Assembly (NCBI RefSeq): GCF_000760515.2
Contig: NW_013546121.1
Coordinates: 1-64,000 of the forward strand
Reading direction: 5' to 3'
Length of the DNA: 64,000 bases
From: Mitosporidium daphniae
Taxonomy: Eukaryota
A model generated the notes under the pieces. It was given only the letters and a program-made list of their open reading frames with translations. It was not told the DNA's origin and made no database searches. Made by a program: the position numbers and the translations under genes. Of the stretch, positions 37,698-50,245 are shown piece after piece (position 1 is the first letter of the stretch; the number at the start of each line of letters is the position of its first letter).

Positions 37698-40336
37698 ATG
37701 CCAGAGGCCGAATCTCTGTCGCTTAGAGAGCTAATATCGGTTCTTCAAAAGCATGCAGGGAATCAGGATGATCAAGCAGACGGGGATGAGTCGGTTTCCA
37801 CAGGCCTGCACGAGTTTCTTGAAGAATCAAATGGATTTTATGTGTTGCATTTTTCCAGATTTGATGTGACTGTGAACCCGAATTTAGGGCTCCTCGAACA
37901 GGATGTTGCTCTGATCTTCAAAGCCGTTGGTCCCAATGTGCTTTCCGAAAACGTCGAAAATCTGGTAATGAAATTCTTGTCGTATTTCATTGGACCAATC
38001 CAATTTGTAATGGAAGCGGCCGCAGTGCTTGCCGCTGGACTGCAATTTTGGATTGATTTTGGAATCATTTGCGCCATGCTTATTTTAAACGCCTGTGTTG
38101 GGTTTTTGCAAGAGTATCAGGCAGGATCCATTGTTTCCGAGTTGAAAGAGTGCATGGCTTTGCAGACAGATGTCATTCGATACAATGGGATATCGATGAA
38201 ATTGCCGTCAAAAGACCTTCTTCCGGGCGACATTGTTGTCATTGAAGAGGGCACGATTATTCCGGCGGATGGAAGAATCATAGCATATGGGGATCCCTTT
38301 TTATTGGTGGACCAGTCTACAATTACGGGGGAATCTCTTCCCATTGAAAAGAAAGTCGGAAATGATGTATATTCGTCCTCCATTGTCAGGTCTGGATCTG
38401 CAAGAATGATAGTCACCTCTACCGGAGATACCACATTTATTGGCAAGACCGCTGTTCTTGTCAATAAGACTGAACGGGTAGGTCACTTTGAGGCTGTTCT
38501 TTCTTCAATCGGAACCGTGCTGTTGGTTATTGTGGTCATATTTATGACGGCAGGGCTCATCATAAACTTTTACCGCTCAGCTTCGATGGTGGAGCAATTG
38601 ACTTTCATTTTTGTGATTGCACTTGTTGGCGTTCCCGTTGGTCTTCCAGCAGTCGTGACAACTACGCTCGCAGTTGGAGCCGCTGAACTGGCTCGTAAGC
38701 GAGTGGTTGTCAAAAAGCTTGCCTCCATTGAATCTCTAGCCGGTGTGGATGTGCTTTGCACAGACAAAACAGGCACGCTTACGGAAAACAAACTTTCTGT
38801 GGAGGTTCCTGTTTTTTTTAGTCCCTACACTTCTGGCGATGTTATGCTTGTTGCTGCAGCCACATGCTCGCGTTCGTTGAGGGGCATGGATGCCATTGAT
38901 CACGCCCTGTTGTCATCGCTGACGCGGTTTCCAGATGCTCTTTCTCGTCTGGAAAACTTGAGAATTATCTCGCTCGTACCGTTTGACCCTGTTTCAAAAA
39001 AGGCAACCGCCATTGTGGAGGACTCGAAGGGCAACCGTTCTTTGTACATAAAGGGGTCTCCTCAAATCATTTTAGACCTTGCCCCATCAGACTATAGCGC
39101 AAGCTTAAAGGAGCAATATGAACATGCGGTTTATTTATTGGCCACAAAAGGCTTTCGTTCTTTGGGAGTCTCCAGACAAAGTGGCGACTCAAAAGAGTAT
39201 CAAATTGTTGGAATCATTCCACTACATGACCCTTTGCGTCATGATGCTGCCACGACCATCAACGAGGCCCAAAAGCTAGGGCTTTCCATTAAAATCTTGA
39301 CGGGCGATGCTTTGGCCATTGCCATCGAAACTGCAAGGCAGCTTGGGCTCAATTCCAGAATCTTGCCGGCAAACGATATTTTCACCGACACCGACTTGTT
39401 CCAAGTAAGCATACCGGATATCGGTAGTGTGGTTGAAAGTGCAGATGGCTTTGCACAAGTTTTCCCGCAACACAAGTATCGTGTGGTTGAAGCTCTCCAA
39501 AAGAGAGGGCATTTGGTCGCCATGACAGGCGATGGAATCAATGATGCTCCATCTCTCAAGATTGCAGACACCGGAATCGCCGTTGAAGGGGCTTCTGCGG
39601 CGGCACAGGCGGCCGCCGACATTATTTTCCTGAAAGCTGGTCTCAGTGTGATCATTGATGCTCTAAAGGCGTCCAGGAAAATTTTTCAGCGCATACGCGC
39701 CTATATCATCTATCGGATTGCACTGTCCCTTCAATTGGAAATCTTTTTTGTCACTACACTTGCTATTCTTGGCACAACTATTGACGTCAACCTGATTGCT
39801 TTTCTTGCTATCTTTTCAGATATTGCCACGCTTGCCATTGCCTATGACAAGGCTTCATATTCTTTGGAGCCGTCTTTTTGGAACATCGGGTATATATGGA
39901 TGCTTGCCTCGATACTTGGGCTGTTTTTGGCCATTTCAACATGGATCCTTAACGGAGCTTTGCTGTTGACCAGCGGCACCGGTATCATCCAGTCGTACGG
40001 AAATGCCGATTTTATAGTTTTCCTGCAAATTGCACTGTCCCAGTCGTGGGTTATCTTTGTGTCTAGGTAAGCTTGGCGTCGCAATTTGCTCTTTCCACTA
40101 GATACTCTGTCAAATTTGAAAAAATGACATTTCCCTCCATACAGCTTGTCGGAGCCATCTTGGTTGTTGACATCATATCTACGTTGATAACGATCTTTGG
40201 CTGGCTTGTGCCGGACAGCACCAGAACAGACATTGTAACTGTGATTCTGGTGTGGATGTATTCTTTTGGAATGACTTTGCTGTTGTTTTTGGTGTTCTAT
40301 CTGGTGAATCATGTATATTTTTCACATAAAGTTTAA
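37698..40336 (+). CDS. PMA1: P3A-type plasma membrane H+-ATPase
   Basis: [51 protein letters not shown]; intron ~40067-40100. Confidence 0.95.
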
Positions 40337-40585
40337 AACGTCCTCGGTGATGGTGGTGGTGGTGGTATCTTGACTAGATACAGCATTTAGTACGCCATGT
40401 GCTTTGCGATCAAAATACACTGCGCGCAGTCGGCTGTCCAACCCATAAATGTAGCTTTGAATTCGCAATAAATTTAGGGTTAAAGCTGAGCGGGAGACAC
40501 AGCACACCTGCCACATGCAACACATTACATTTTCACTTTCAAAACTTGTAAACTTCCAAAAAACCTTACAGGACCGACTTTAAAA

Positions 40586-41582
40586 ATGGATCCAGCACTT
40601 GATCGTTCGATTTTCTTTTATGCGTCTACCAGCGAAATCGTATTGTTGCGGTCTCTTGTTTTCGGGTTTTCACCCCTTTCAAGTGTAAGAAATTGGATGT
40701 CATTTTTAGTCTTCACTTGGGTTCCAAATCTTTCCGGGCTCCAAATCTGTATGTATTTCAGCACTGTCCGGTAGCAACAATATAATTGCCTCCTCGTTCC
40801 TTAATTCCAATTTCTTTTCCTCTTTCTTTTCATCTTCCATTTCCAGTTCCGAGCGCTTTTTTCTGTCGTTTGAGGCGTTCTCCACGATGATCAGTATCAT
40901 TTCATCGATCTTTATCGATCATGGGGTGGAGGGAAAGCCATGTAAATCCAAAGACTCAATTTCCTCTATGCCCATAACAATTCTTAAACTTATTATCTAC
41001 GAATCAGAAATAGAAAGGCTACATATCAAGATCGAGTCTTTTTTTGAAGAAAAAATATTGTTCACCGGAAGCCTGAGCTTTATCAAGCAGCAATACAGCC
41101 ATCCTGATTTTGCGGTACATTCTGAAAACTTGTTGTCTCAGAGCTGGGCCTTTGATGTAAGTACCTACCCTATCTGATTTGCTTCAATAGCCACGATATC
41201 TTTTTAGCCATCTTTCGGAACTATTTAGCAAGAAGCATCTTACTAGCTCGGCCGTGTGCTTGAAACTATGTCCCAGAGACAGCTCGTTTCTCTCGTTTAC
41301 AAGGAACGACCAGTCTGGTAATTATGAGGTATTCGGCTTTAATTACCCACATAGACATATTCGTCTAGAATTGCTTCCAGTTTGAGCGACACCATATCTG
41401 TAGCGCTGCCATCTATCTTTGCACAAATGGCATTAAATATTCTTCCCTTCGCGTCGCATTCCATGATCAGGATGGATCGGCAAAGAGATTCGCTCATTTT
41501 GACGATTACAAAAACCGATACCGCCGACAAGCCCCTTTTTACCAGCGAAATCTTTTCAAGCACCCTTCACGTGGTAGAATAG
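40586..41582 (+). CDS. Divergent sliding-clamp-like protein, probably a 9-1-1 subunit (Rad1/Rec1 type)
   Basis: Three GT-AG introns (~40685, ~41157, ~41329) join ORF pieces into ~300 aa with a hydrophobic pattern resembling Rad1 (FYASTSEIVLLRSLV..IIASSFLNSNFF..LCPRDSSFLSF..SMIRMD). Confidence 0.45.
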
Positions 41583-41759
41583 CTTGCAACTGCTTCTTCT
41601 TGTTTGAACTTTGTGCAATTAATTGCCTTTTCTAACCCTAGCCGTTATTAAAAGAACTCAACTATGGACTGGCATTGCCTATAGGACATTTAAACGACCT
41701 ATCACGTTGCCGATTTTTGATTCCAAAATAAAACGCAAATTTAGGGTTAATTATTTTCA

Positions 41760-42155
41760 ATGTTAGGAACCACAATCTACGCTTTCTCGTTTGTGTGGAA
41801 TTTCGCCGCTGTAGTTCTATTTGGAGGGTATCCCGAACGAGTGATCCCGCCATATGCAATAGAACTAAACACTCCCGCATATGAGATCTGTTCAGGCGTC
41901 ATTCACGATGTGGTAAGAATTTTGGCACCCACTTATCTTGGGTACGCCTTTCTTTCTTTATTTGCTCTGTTTTCAAAGTCGCTGGAAGTAAAAAAAGCAA
42001 TTTCCTCTGCCCTTGCCATCGTTTTCCTGGTAAACCTGATTCTTGAGGTGCAGTGGATTACAACAAAGAGATGGAAAACAAACAGCATCCTTGCTTTCAT
42101 GTTCTTCGACTTTCTCGTGTTCTTCTCAAATGCGTATATCGCATTTACATATTGA
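41760..42155 (+). CDS. Hypothetical ~4-TM membrane protein
   Basis: Intronless 131-aa ORF with four hydrophobic segments, AT-rich start context. Confidence 0.6.
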   Translation: MLGTTIYAFSFVWNFAAVVLFGGYPERVIPPYAIELNTPAYEICSGVIHDVVRILAPTYLGYAFLSLFALFSKSLEVKKAISSALAIVFLVNLILEVQWITTKRWKTNSILAFMFFDFLVFFSNAYIAFTY

Positions 42156-42255
42156 ATGTTTACTGCACACTTGGATTGACAAAATCTCCATTCGAATGAT
42201 TACAGAATAATATTAAAAAATAAACCAAAATAAAAAATCGGCCTTTATTATTAAA

Positions 42256-43581
42256 ATGCTCGACCACAACAGCGAGCCTGAATCCTCAGAGGATTCTTTT
42301 TTGGGGAGTGATGATCAGGCGCTTTCCATAAGTAAGCCCGGGCACTTATTATTAGGCGATATGGATGATCAGGAGATAATGTCTTCCTTGGCAATATCTG
42401 ATGGCGAACCCGACCAGGAATGTGCAGACGAGCAGTCAACCGATATGTCCCACGATCAGATCATCTTTGAGGATGATTCGTGCAACAGCTTTTACGGGCA
42501 CAACAACAACCCTATATATGCGCTTGCAGTGCTGAAATCCCATGTCATTTCTGGGGGCGGAGATGATCGTTGCTTTTGTTGGGACCCGAGTGCCGATCCG
42601 CCTGCGCCCATTTATCCAAAGGCTTTTTCCAAACGTATGCCCCAATTCATTGATTATAGCAAAATTTACGGATTCCATTTCGGCCGTGGCAATCAGCCAC
42701 GATGCCGAGTTATGTGCCGCTGGTTGTCTTTCCGGGCAAGTTGCCGTGTGGAAGGTCTCGTCAAACGGCGCCTCGCTACTTGGCTTGTTTGATGGGCCCT
42801 CAGACATCACTTCGCTTCAATTTCATCCGAAAGGGTACATTTTAATGGCCTCTGGAGAAGACGGTACCATTTGGCTATGGTCCCTTCCTTCGGGAAATTG
42901 TCTCACAGTGCTGTCGACAGATTCGTTTGCCATTTTGAAGGCCAGCTTTTATCCGCAATCTGGAAAATATGTCGTTTCTTCATCTGCTGATGGGTCTGTT
43001 AGGGTTTGGGATCCAAAATCAAGCCTTCCAAAATCCAAGTTTTCCACCGGAAGCGCCGTCAACACAATAGACTTGTTCGAATCAACGACAGATTGTACAA
43101 AATTCATCCTTGCTGGCTGTGAAGATGGGAGGGTTTCCCTCCTCCATGGAGTTACTTGCGCATTGTTGAAAGAGCAATGTGACCTGCATGAAAATTCGGT
43201 GGAAATCGTCGCCTTTGCAAAGAGGGGCGAGAACCTCTATGCTCTCAGTTGCTGTTTGGGGGGCATTCTTGCCATTGTCGAGGTACCTTCGCTTGCTCTT
43301 AGAAATCAATGTGTACATCCATTTGGAATTACAACCCTGAAAGTTATCAGCAATGAAACCCTCTTTGTTGCCGTTACGGGATCTACTGACGGAAAGGTCC
43401 GAGTTTGGGATATTCTGTCTGGCTCACTTCTCCGAACCCTAATGGGCCATCAAGATACCATTCTGGATCTCTCGTACATTGCTTCAAGGTATGGAAATAG
43501 CATTGCATACTTACTTTTAGCCAGCAGTTGGTCAGTGCGTCTGATGACGGGTGTTGTTTGGTATTTAATTTAAATAATTAA
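42256..43581 (+). CDS. SQT1: WD40 ribosome assembly chaperone Sqt1/AAMP
   Basis: Acidic N-terminus, EDDSCNSFYGH, SGGGDD, FHPKGYIL..DGTIWLW, GHQDTILD; two introns. Confidence 0.82.
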
Positions 43582-44229
43582 AATTTTGGTCTAAATCGGA
43601 TTTTGCGAAAATAAATTCTATCGATGGGACCGTTCTGAACTTCATGTGTTGCGAAAGGTATCGTCTAAACCTCCGCTCATTGCGCAGTAAGATTGAAAGC
43701 AGTTGCGATTTTTGCTCGCCCTCAGCGTCAATATGGATGTTCATTTTGCACGACTGGAGCTTGGCATCCAACGAGATCGCTGTAATTTGTACATCATTGA
43801 GGCATTCATCCCCTTGCAGCGAATCCGAGCTAGAAAGAAACCGGTAAAACATTTGATTGATAGCATCGGAGATCTTTGTAGAGCGTACTGGGATATTTTC
43901 CACAATATCGGACGCCTGACCATGGGCATGCAAATTGGGTCTTTCTTGAGGCGGGATTGGAGACACCCTTTGGGATCTTCTCTAATTGCATGATTGGAAA
44001 CTAAAAATACCTCTTCCTCCTGGCGCGCGTGCAGCTTGGCCTCCTCTTTCTCGATTTTGAGATGTTTATCGGCGACTACCTTTGGAATGTACGATGTAAA
44101 ATATTCCGGCACAACTTTAAGTTCGCGTAAATCGTGGGGCTTACATTGGACTTTGGGCTCAATTGCGATTTTGAGTGCCTTCCAAAAGTCTCCATTGGTG
44201 CCCGAGTAATTTCGTATCAACCTCCTCAT
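43565..44229 (-). CDS. Ribosome-binding factor A-like protein, probably mitochondrial
   Basis: Basic N-terminus (MRRLIRNYS), one intron ~43983-44011, KH-like VQITAISLDAKLQSCKM..RFRRYLSQHMKFRTVPSIEF matching the RbfA LR..P.L.F signature. Confidence 0.72.
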
Positions 44230-44308
44230 GAAGCCAAAAATGTCATTAGGGTTTGCGTTTGGTTTATTTTGGCAGTTGCACTGCGTTTTTGTTTAATTAC
44301 TTGAATTG

Positions 44309-47133
44309 ATGTCTGGAATAGAGAAGCCCGTAAACAACATCTTCAATGCACTTGCAAACAATGATTCCAAGCGAGCCGTGTTCCTTTGCCAGAAGTATCT
44401 CAAAAAGACGCCCAAAAATTATCTGCTAAAGTCCCTTCTTTCCTTTTCACTTTCCTCCACGGGGAAAAAGATAGAGGCTCAGGAGCTGCTCAATGAGATC
44501 ATTCAAACCCCAAAGGATCTTCTTCCGCTGGATTCGCAATTTATTAACTCCATCATTATGACGCTGAAAAAGATGGACAACCGTATACCATGCTGTGGCT
44601 AATTTTAGATGCCGAATTGTTGGATTTTCTGGAGCATTATTGCGATGTTTACCCTAGCTCGGAGGATTTACTTATGGAGCTTTTTTTTGCCTCAGTCCGC
44701 TGCCTTGATTTTAAACGGGCAAATCAAGTACTCGTTTTGTGCAATTCACGCCATTAGGTTTCTTTGAAGCTATTTAAAAAGACCCAATCGGACAAGTACT
44801 TGATTTGGTCCATTTTGGCGCTGTACAATCAGGCCCAAGTAACCGAAAAAAAGGGGCCCGAGGAAATTTCTCTGGACCTTGTTAAGAAAATGCTTCATAA
44901 GGCGGTTTCCGAAGGCCGCCTCAAGTCATTCCAAGACTATTGCCTGTGTATGCTTCTTCCCACCAAAGATCCCGCCTTTATGAGTATGCTCTCCTCAATC
45001 CCAGAGAATATTTTCCCCACATCTTTGGATAGCACTAAATGGAAGGCCCAGGTGTTGTTCCATCAAAAGGCCCATGCTTCTCTTGTTGAATATTGCAAGT
45101 CAATGAAGGACCCAACGATGATGTAATCCTTTACTTGTGTTTGTTTTCATAGACTTAACGATTGGGAGGTTGTGGTTTTGTACTTGGATTCCATTGCGGC
45201 GTTGAAAAATGAAGTGTCGCAAAATCCCCAAGACATCTTCTTTTGGGAAACCGAGGACTTGCCAGATAAAAAGAGCAATGTCTCCGCTTTGGCTCGCATT
45301 GAATTTGCACATAAAACCGAGGATCCAAGGCTCCACGAATATTTGTCCTCTTACTTTTCCAAGTTTGGACACAAGGATTCTTGCTTTTCATATCTTCAAC
45401 CATATCTGCATCCACTCAGCACATTTGCCGAGGTTACCGCAGCATTTATCAACTCGCACAAAGACGAAAGCCCTTTCTGCGAAGAATCGATCGCTAGGCT
45501 TTTGTCAGCCTACAAGTTTAATGAATATTTTCTTCAGAATTTGAACCCAGCGTCGCTCAGTATTTCTTGTAGCGAATATTTAAAGCAATACGGAAAATCA
45601 AAGGCGTGCTGCCAAAAGCCTTTTGGAGATTTTATCTTTCTGGCCATTCTATGTGCCATTAGAAAGAATGCAAAAGAACAACAGCAGGTTCTTCAAAATC
45701 AAAATCAGGCTCTTGAAAATGAAAAGCAACTAAACGGCGAAAAGCCCGATCTCGTATTGCCATATGAATTCCTGATGAATTGTGCCGTGCTGGCGCTATT
45801 TGGACTTTGTGATGACGACTCGAACTTTATTTTAAAGCTTTTTGCAATTTTCTTGCTGCGAGAGCTTGGGGCAGTTTCGTTTGCCTTGTCCCTGTACGAT
45901 TCTTTGAACGTAAAGTTCATTCAACTAGACATTTTGTCATATGTTGTGCTGGATTGGATTCCGCTTATTGGGTTCAAGGAGGAGGTATTCCGTATCCAAA
46001 AAGGGCTTCTTTCCTTGTATGAAAACAATGATAGCGAGACCCCGGAATTGCTTTGCGAGGCATATCGACATGGATCCTTTTCCCAAGTTCCTGAATTTCT
46101 CGATCTGCATCTTCAATTGAAGTACTCTATCCAGCGCAAAATCGGCGAAATCTCCGCGTGCCAAGCGGACTGTTTGCAGCTTGCATCAAAGTCAAACATT
46201 GAGCAATTCTTTTCCTCTTTAAAGCTTCCTATAGTGTTTAAGACGATCGTAGATAACCGCCCTTTTCTTGACCTGTTTCCCACATGGAGCGCATTTCCGT
46301 GGTTTGCAGAGTTTTTGAAAAAGTATTCACCCAAGGAAACGTCCTGGATCGAAACATGCTATGCCATACTTTTAGCCATGAAATCATGTTTCGTCCCATA
46401 TGATTCTGTTGATGATTTGATCATTCAGCCAACATTAAGGGATTCTTCAGATCAAATTATCCTATTCTCGCAAGTATCTTCCCTGTTAAAGGCAAGTGTA
46501 TTGGTCGTATTTACAACACTAGGAGTTAACCACGGACGTGCTGAATATCGATCCATTGATATTTGCTCTCTTGAATGTTGTCAAGGAAATCCTCAATGGA
46601 GATCATGTGTTGTCATTAAATTGGATCTCCAAAATCGTCGATTTGATGGACAAGCAGTTGAAAGCGGACGTTGCATCTGCACGCCCTTGCATGCAGACGC
46701 CAGATGTGATTCTTGTAAGGCTTGAAAGTTTTGTTGAAATCATACACTACCTTACCATTTTCTTGGTGGGACTATACAAAAAAATCTCATCGTCTTCCAA
46801 TCACGAAGCGATTTGCCTTCAAAATCTAGACACATTAAGATCAACTTGCCTGGCCGTTACTGAGTTGATTCCTGGCATCATTGCCTACATTGAGGGCCAT
46901 TCTTCTGTTCATCTACCTGAGGAGGTCGCGTTTCCGCTGGCCCCAGAGGATCTGGACGCAAGCTATCATGAATCGCTACTGGAGCCCATGGTATGTTGAT
47001 GTACCTTATTGTTGCCTAGAATTCTATCCGCAAAAAATTATCGTCAAGCATGCAAAAAGATTGGACAACAATCGTCAATTCTGCTAAAGGCTGCCTCAAA
47101 CTGTCCAATAAGATTGTCCGCTGCATCGCGTAA
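44309..47133 (+). CDS. NAA25: NatB auxiliary subunit Naa25/Mdm20
   Basis: TPR N-terminus, YFSKFGHKDSCFSYL, YDSLNVKFIQLDILSY, AYRHGSFSQVPEF; five introns. Confidence 0.9.
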
Positions 47134-47163
47134 CCGTAAATTAATGATAAAGGTCTCGTAAAT

Positions 47164-48996
47164 TTAATGGCAATTAAGGAGATTTTGGATCGACTCTATA
47201 ATGATGTCCACATCTGCAGCCTGCGAGGCCTCTGCATAGATTCTGACAACATTTTCGGTCCCAGAAGGTCTAGAACAAGTGTTTGTGGATTACCTGACAA
47301 AAGCTCGACCGCCGTGCATGGGGTTAACAATGCCGTCTATTTTTTCCTGGATTCCCGCAGGCTCAAGTAGCTTCTGCTCATAGTGCGTGGTTTTGAAGAT
47401 CGATCTATCAGGGACCTATGTTAGGAAATGTTGGAGCTTAATAGAAGCATACTGAGATTTTGGCCTGCTTCGACGGATGCTCCGTGTACATTGATTTCCA
47501 ATCCTTCATGGAAAATCCGAGAGAAAGAAGAACGCCTTCAACGGCAAGAAAGTCAGAAATAGCATCGCCAACGTAAGAGTTAATTGTTTCAACGAGCCCA
47601 CAAAGGAGCCCTACTGAGCTTCTCTCGGTCGACGATAGCGCATTCATTTTCTCTGGAGAGGAAAGGAAAGCAAGGGCCTTTTTAAATTTGCCGCTAAATA
47701 GTATGGTGCCGTGGCCGTTTGCCTCGAAATAGATTCCTGAATCGTATTTCTTGGCAGCTGAATGCAAATGCTTGACACCTGTGCAAGTAAGCTCAAGACA
47801 CGTTTCCTATGAAAATTATTGCGCGCAAATACCAGCTCTTCAATCAAATACTTTTGACACGCTCCATTTGAATATGCGGTCTGAATAACACCTACAGACA
47901 GCGATGATTGGAGGCCGAGGATCTTTAGGTGCTTGCTAATAAAAAACGCAAAAAGCGCAGCCATCCTATCGCCATCGATAAGCTGAAATTGTTGTTCTAG
48001 GCGATGAATTGCACGGAACCCTTACTTTCGTCAAAGTAAAAGTAAACCACCCGATCTGCATCGCCATCAAAGGACACGTATCTGTACGATGGATCGACAA
48101 AGCTTACTCCAGCAGGTGGACAGTTGGAAATCTTTACATAGTCGGCACCACACTAAAGATAAATTTGGCTGCAATTGAAACCTTTTCATTTAGCACACCA
48201 TTGCCACATTGCAACAAATTAACTTTAATCGGCAAATTGTGGATCGAATTTAAAACCTCCTTTAAGGCCAGGTGGCCAACTCCATTTGCAGTATCGACGA
48301 AAACGTTGCTCGCGATCTGTTCAGTATGAGAGAAGCAAATTGAAGAGATAAACTTTTCAAACCCCTGGCTTATCTTTGAGTAATAAGCATCGGCCAGAAT
48401 CTCTTTATAAAATCGAGGGCCCAATTCGCCAACAAGAAAGTGAAGTTGGGGCGTGGTGACGATCCCAAAATCTTGAATGGAGCCTCCAAGTTTGAGAATG
48501 CCTTGAATTGCCAGCTGGGTGAGCTCTTTACCACTTGCTCTAACAAGGGTTAAGCCAAACATAATTTGCCGTACCTTGTGTCGCGACCAAGCAGCACATT
48601 GGCCTTGTAGGCATTGACATTATCTTTTCGCAGTTGCTTGCCAAAAATCGTTGTTTTCAACTCGAAGATCTTCTGATCAAGCAGGTCATCTGGAGTGTTT
48701 ACAATGTCGTCAGCAAACACCTCCCAGCTCGCATCAAGCATGTCTCCCGACGGCTCGATAGCTTTGACACCATTATCCTGTGAAATGAAAAAAGCAGATG
48801 CACCTCCTCAGAGTTGTGAGAGGCCGTTATCATTAGCCCGACGTGAAGCCCACCCAGTGACATGCTACGCAGGGCAACCAACATGCCCATACGATATGCA
48901 ATCGGCCCCATCATATGCGCACTATGAATTGCATTGGACATCAATTTACTTGTATCTGAATCCTGATGTGCCGTAGGAAAATTTTGGACGACTCAT
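47164..48996 (-). CDS. PGM3: Phosphoacetylglucosamine mutase
   Basis: YGTSGFR, MITASHN..DNGVK, FDGDADR, QTAYSNG, TGVKHLH, YFEANGHGT, RPSGTENVVRIYAEA; about eight introns. Confidence 0.96.
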
Positions 48997-49134
48997 TTGA
49001 GCAGCGGATTTTTTGGGTAATGATCAATGAGTGATCTACTAAACTAGTACCGAAATATTGCAATTTGACAGTTTAATTCCAATTCGAAATAATGAGAGCT
49101 CTTGCGCGTTTGTTGTCTAGTGTGGATTACATGG

Positions 49135-50157
49135 TCAATAGTTCTTACTTGTGGAAGTTGAAACGTCAATGCAGTTATTGGTAACATTGTATTTCAACAG
49201 CACATGGTTCGACAATAGAAGATGTAATGAATTTTTAATTATCTTAAGGGGACATAAACGCACTATGCAGGATGATTCCAGGGCAATGTCTGAATAGCTG
49301 TTTAAATCAATTGGCCTCACCACAGAGGTCACCATGGTTTGGGAAGGAATGCTTGTATAGCCTCTATCCAAGCACCAAGATCCAATGGTAAAGATTTCAC
49401 CAACACAAGAGATGTTGTCAGCAGAGGCGGCAGAATTGCTGTAGGCGGCACCACCGCCACCGCCACCACCACCACCACAGCCAAACATCACAAAAACCAA
49501 AAACTCCATGAAAACAGATATGTTCCAGTGGACACTTAGCGGGACTTGGATGAATTCGATGGGCCAGCCGGTCCACATCCGACAAACGACGTGGATGTGC
49601 ACAAATATCCCGTGCGGGATGCAATTGTCAACTAAAATGTATGATTTTTTGGCGTTTGGGACGCTTGGGCCGTTGATGATGGAGAGAACGGAGCTGTCCG
49701 TATCAATATATTTACATTGCAGCAAAATCCCATTTTCAGATTCCGAGTGAGAAAGCTGGAATAGGCAGGGCAATAAAGACGAATAGAACGAGAAGGCCTC
49801 GGAGGAGGAAACCGTAAAAAAAATAGGTTCACTTGCAAAGACTTCATTGATCAGCGTGCCAAATGTTAGAAATGCAAGGTCCGACTGGTAATACACGCTG
49901 CACGTGCGCGTGTGCTTGGCCACAAGCTTTATGGCCGAAAAATCCTCCATACAAGACAGCGATAAAATATCTTTGGATGGGTTTATCACCTGTGGCGATA
50001 GAATGGGAAGGTGGTTCGTATTGGTGAAGAACAGATATAAGGCCAACTTGAAGGAGCACGTTGATTTGTCGCCAATGCAGTCGGCCTCCAAAACGAACGC
50101 AATTTTCACTCTGCCAAACACATACGCCGTAAAAAGGTGAGTTATGTCGGAGCGCAT
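49135..50157 (-). CDS. Intronless hypothetical protein with a poly-Gly tract, possibly a highly divergent ATG5
   Basis: ~340-aa ORF with weak motif resemblance to ATG5 (VFGRVKIAFVL, EFIQVPL, NSLHLLL); start chosen at the AT-rich ATG. Confidence 0.45.
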   Translation of the reverse strand: MRSDITHLFTAYVFGRVKIAFVLEADCIGDKSTCSFKLALYLFFTNTNHLPILSPQVINPSKDILSLSCMEDFSAIKLVAKHTRTCSVYYQSDLAFLTFGTLINEVFASEPIFFTVSSSEAFSFYSSLLPCLFQLSHSESENGILLQCKYIDTDSSVLSIINGPSVPNAKKSYILVDNCIPHGIFVHIHVVCRMWTGWPIEFIQVPLSVHWNISVFMEFLVFVMFGCGGGGGGGGGAAYSNSAASADNISCVGEIFTIGSWCLDRGYTSIPSQTMVTSVVRPIDLNSYSDIALESSCIVRLCPLKIIKNSLHLLLSNHVLLKYNVTNNCIDVSTSTSKNY

Positions 50158-50245
50158 AAAATAAATTTGCATACGTGGCCATTTTGGGCAGCAGTAAATG
50201 GAATGTGTTGTAACAAAGTGCAAAATGAAATTTTCTTAAACCAGC

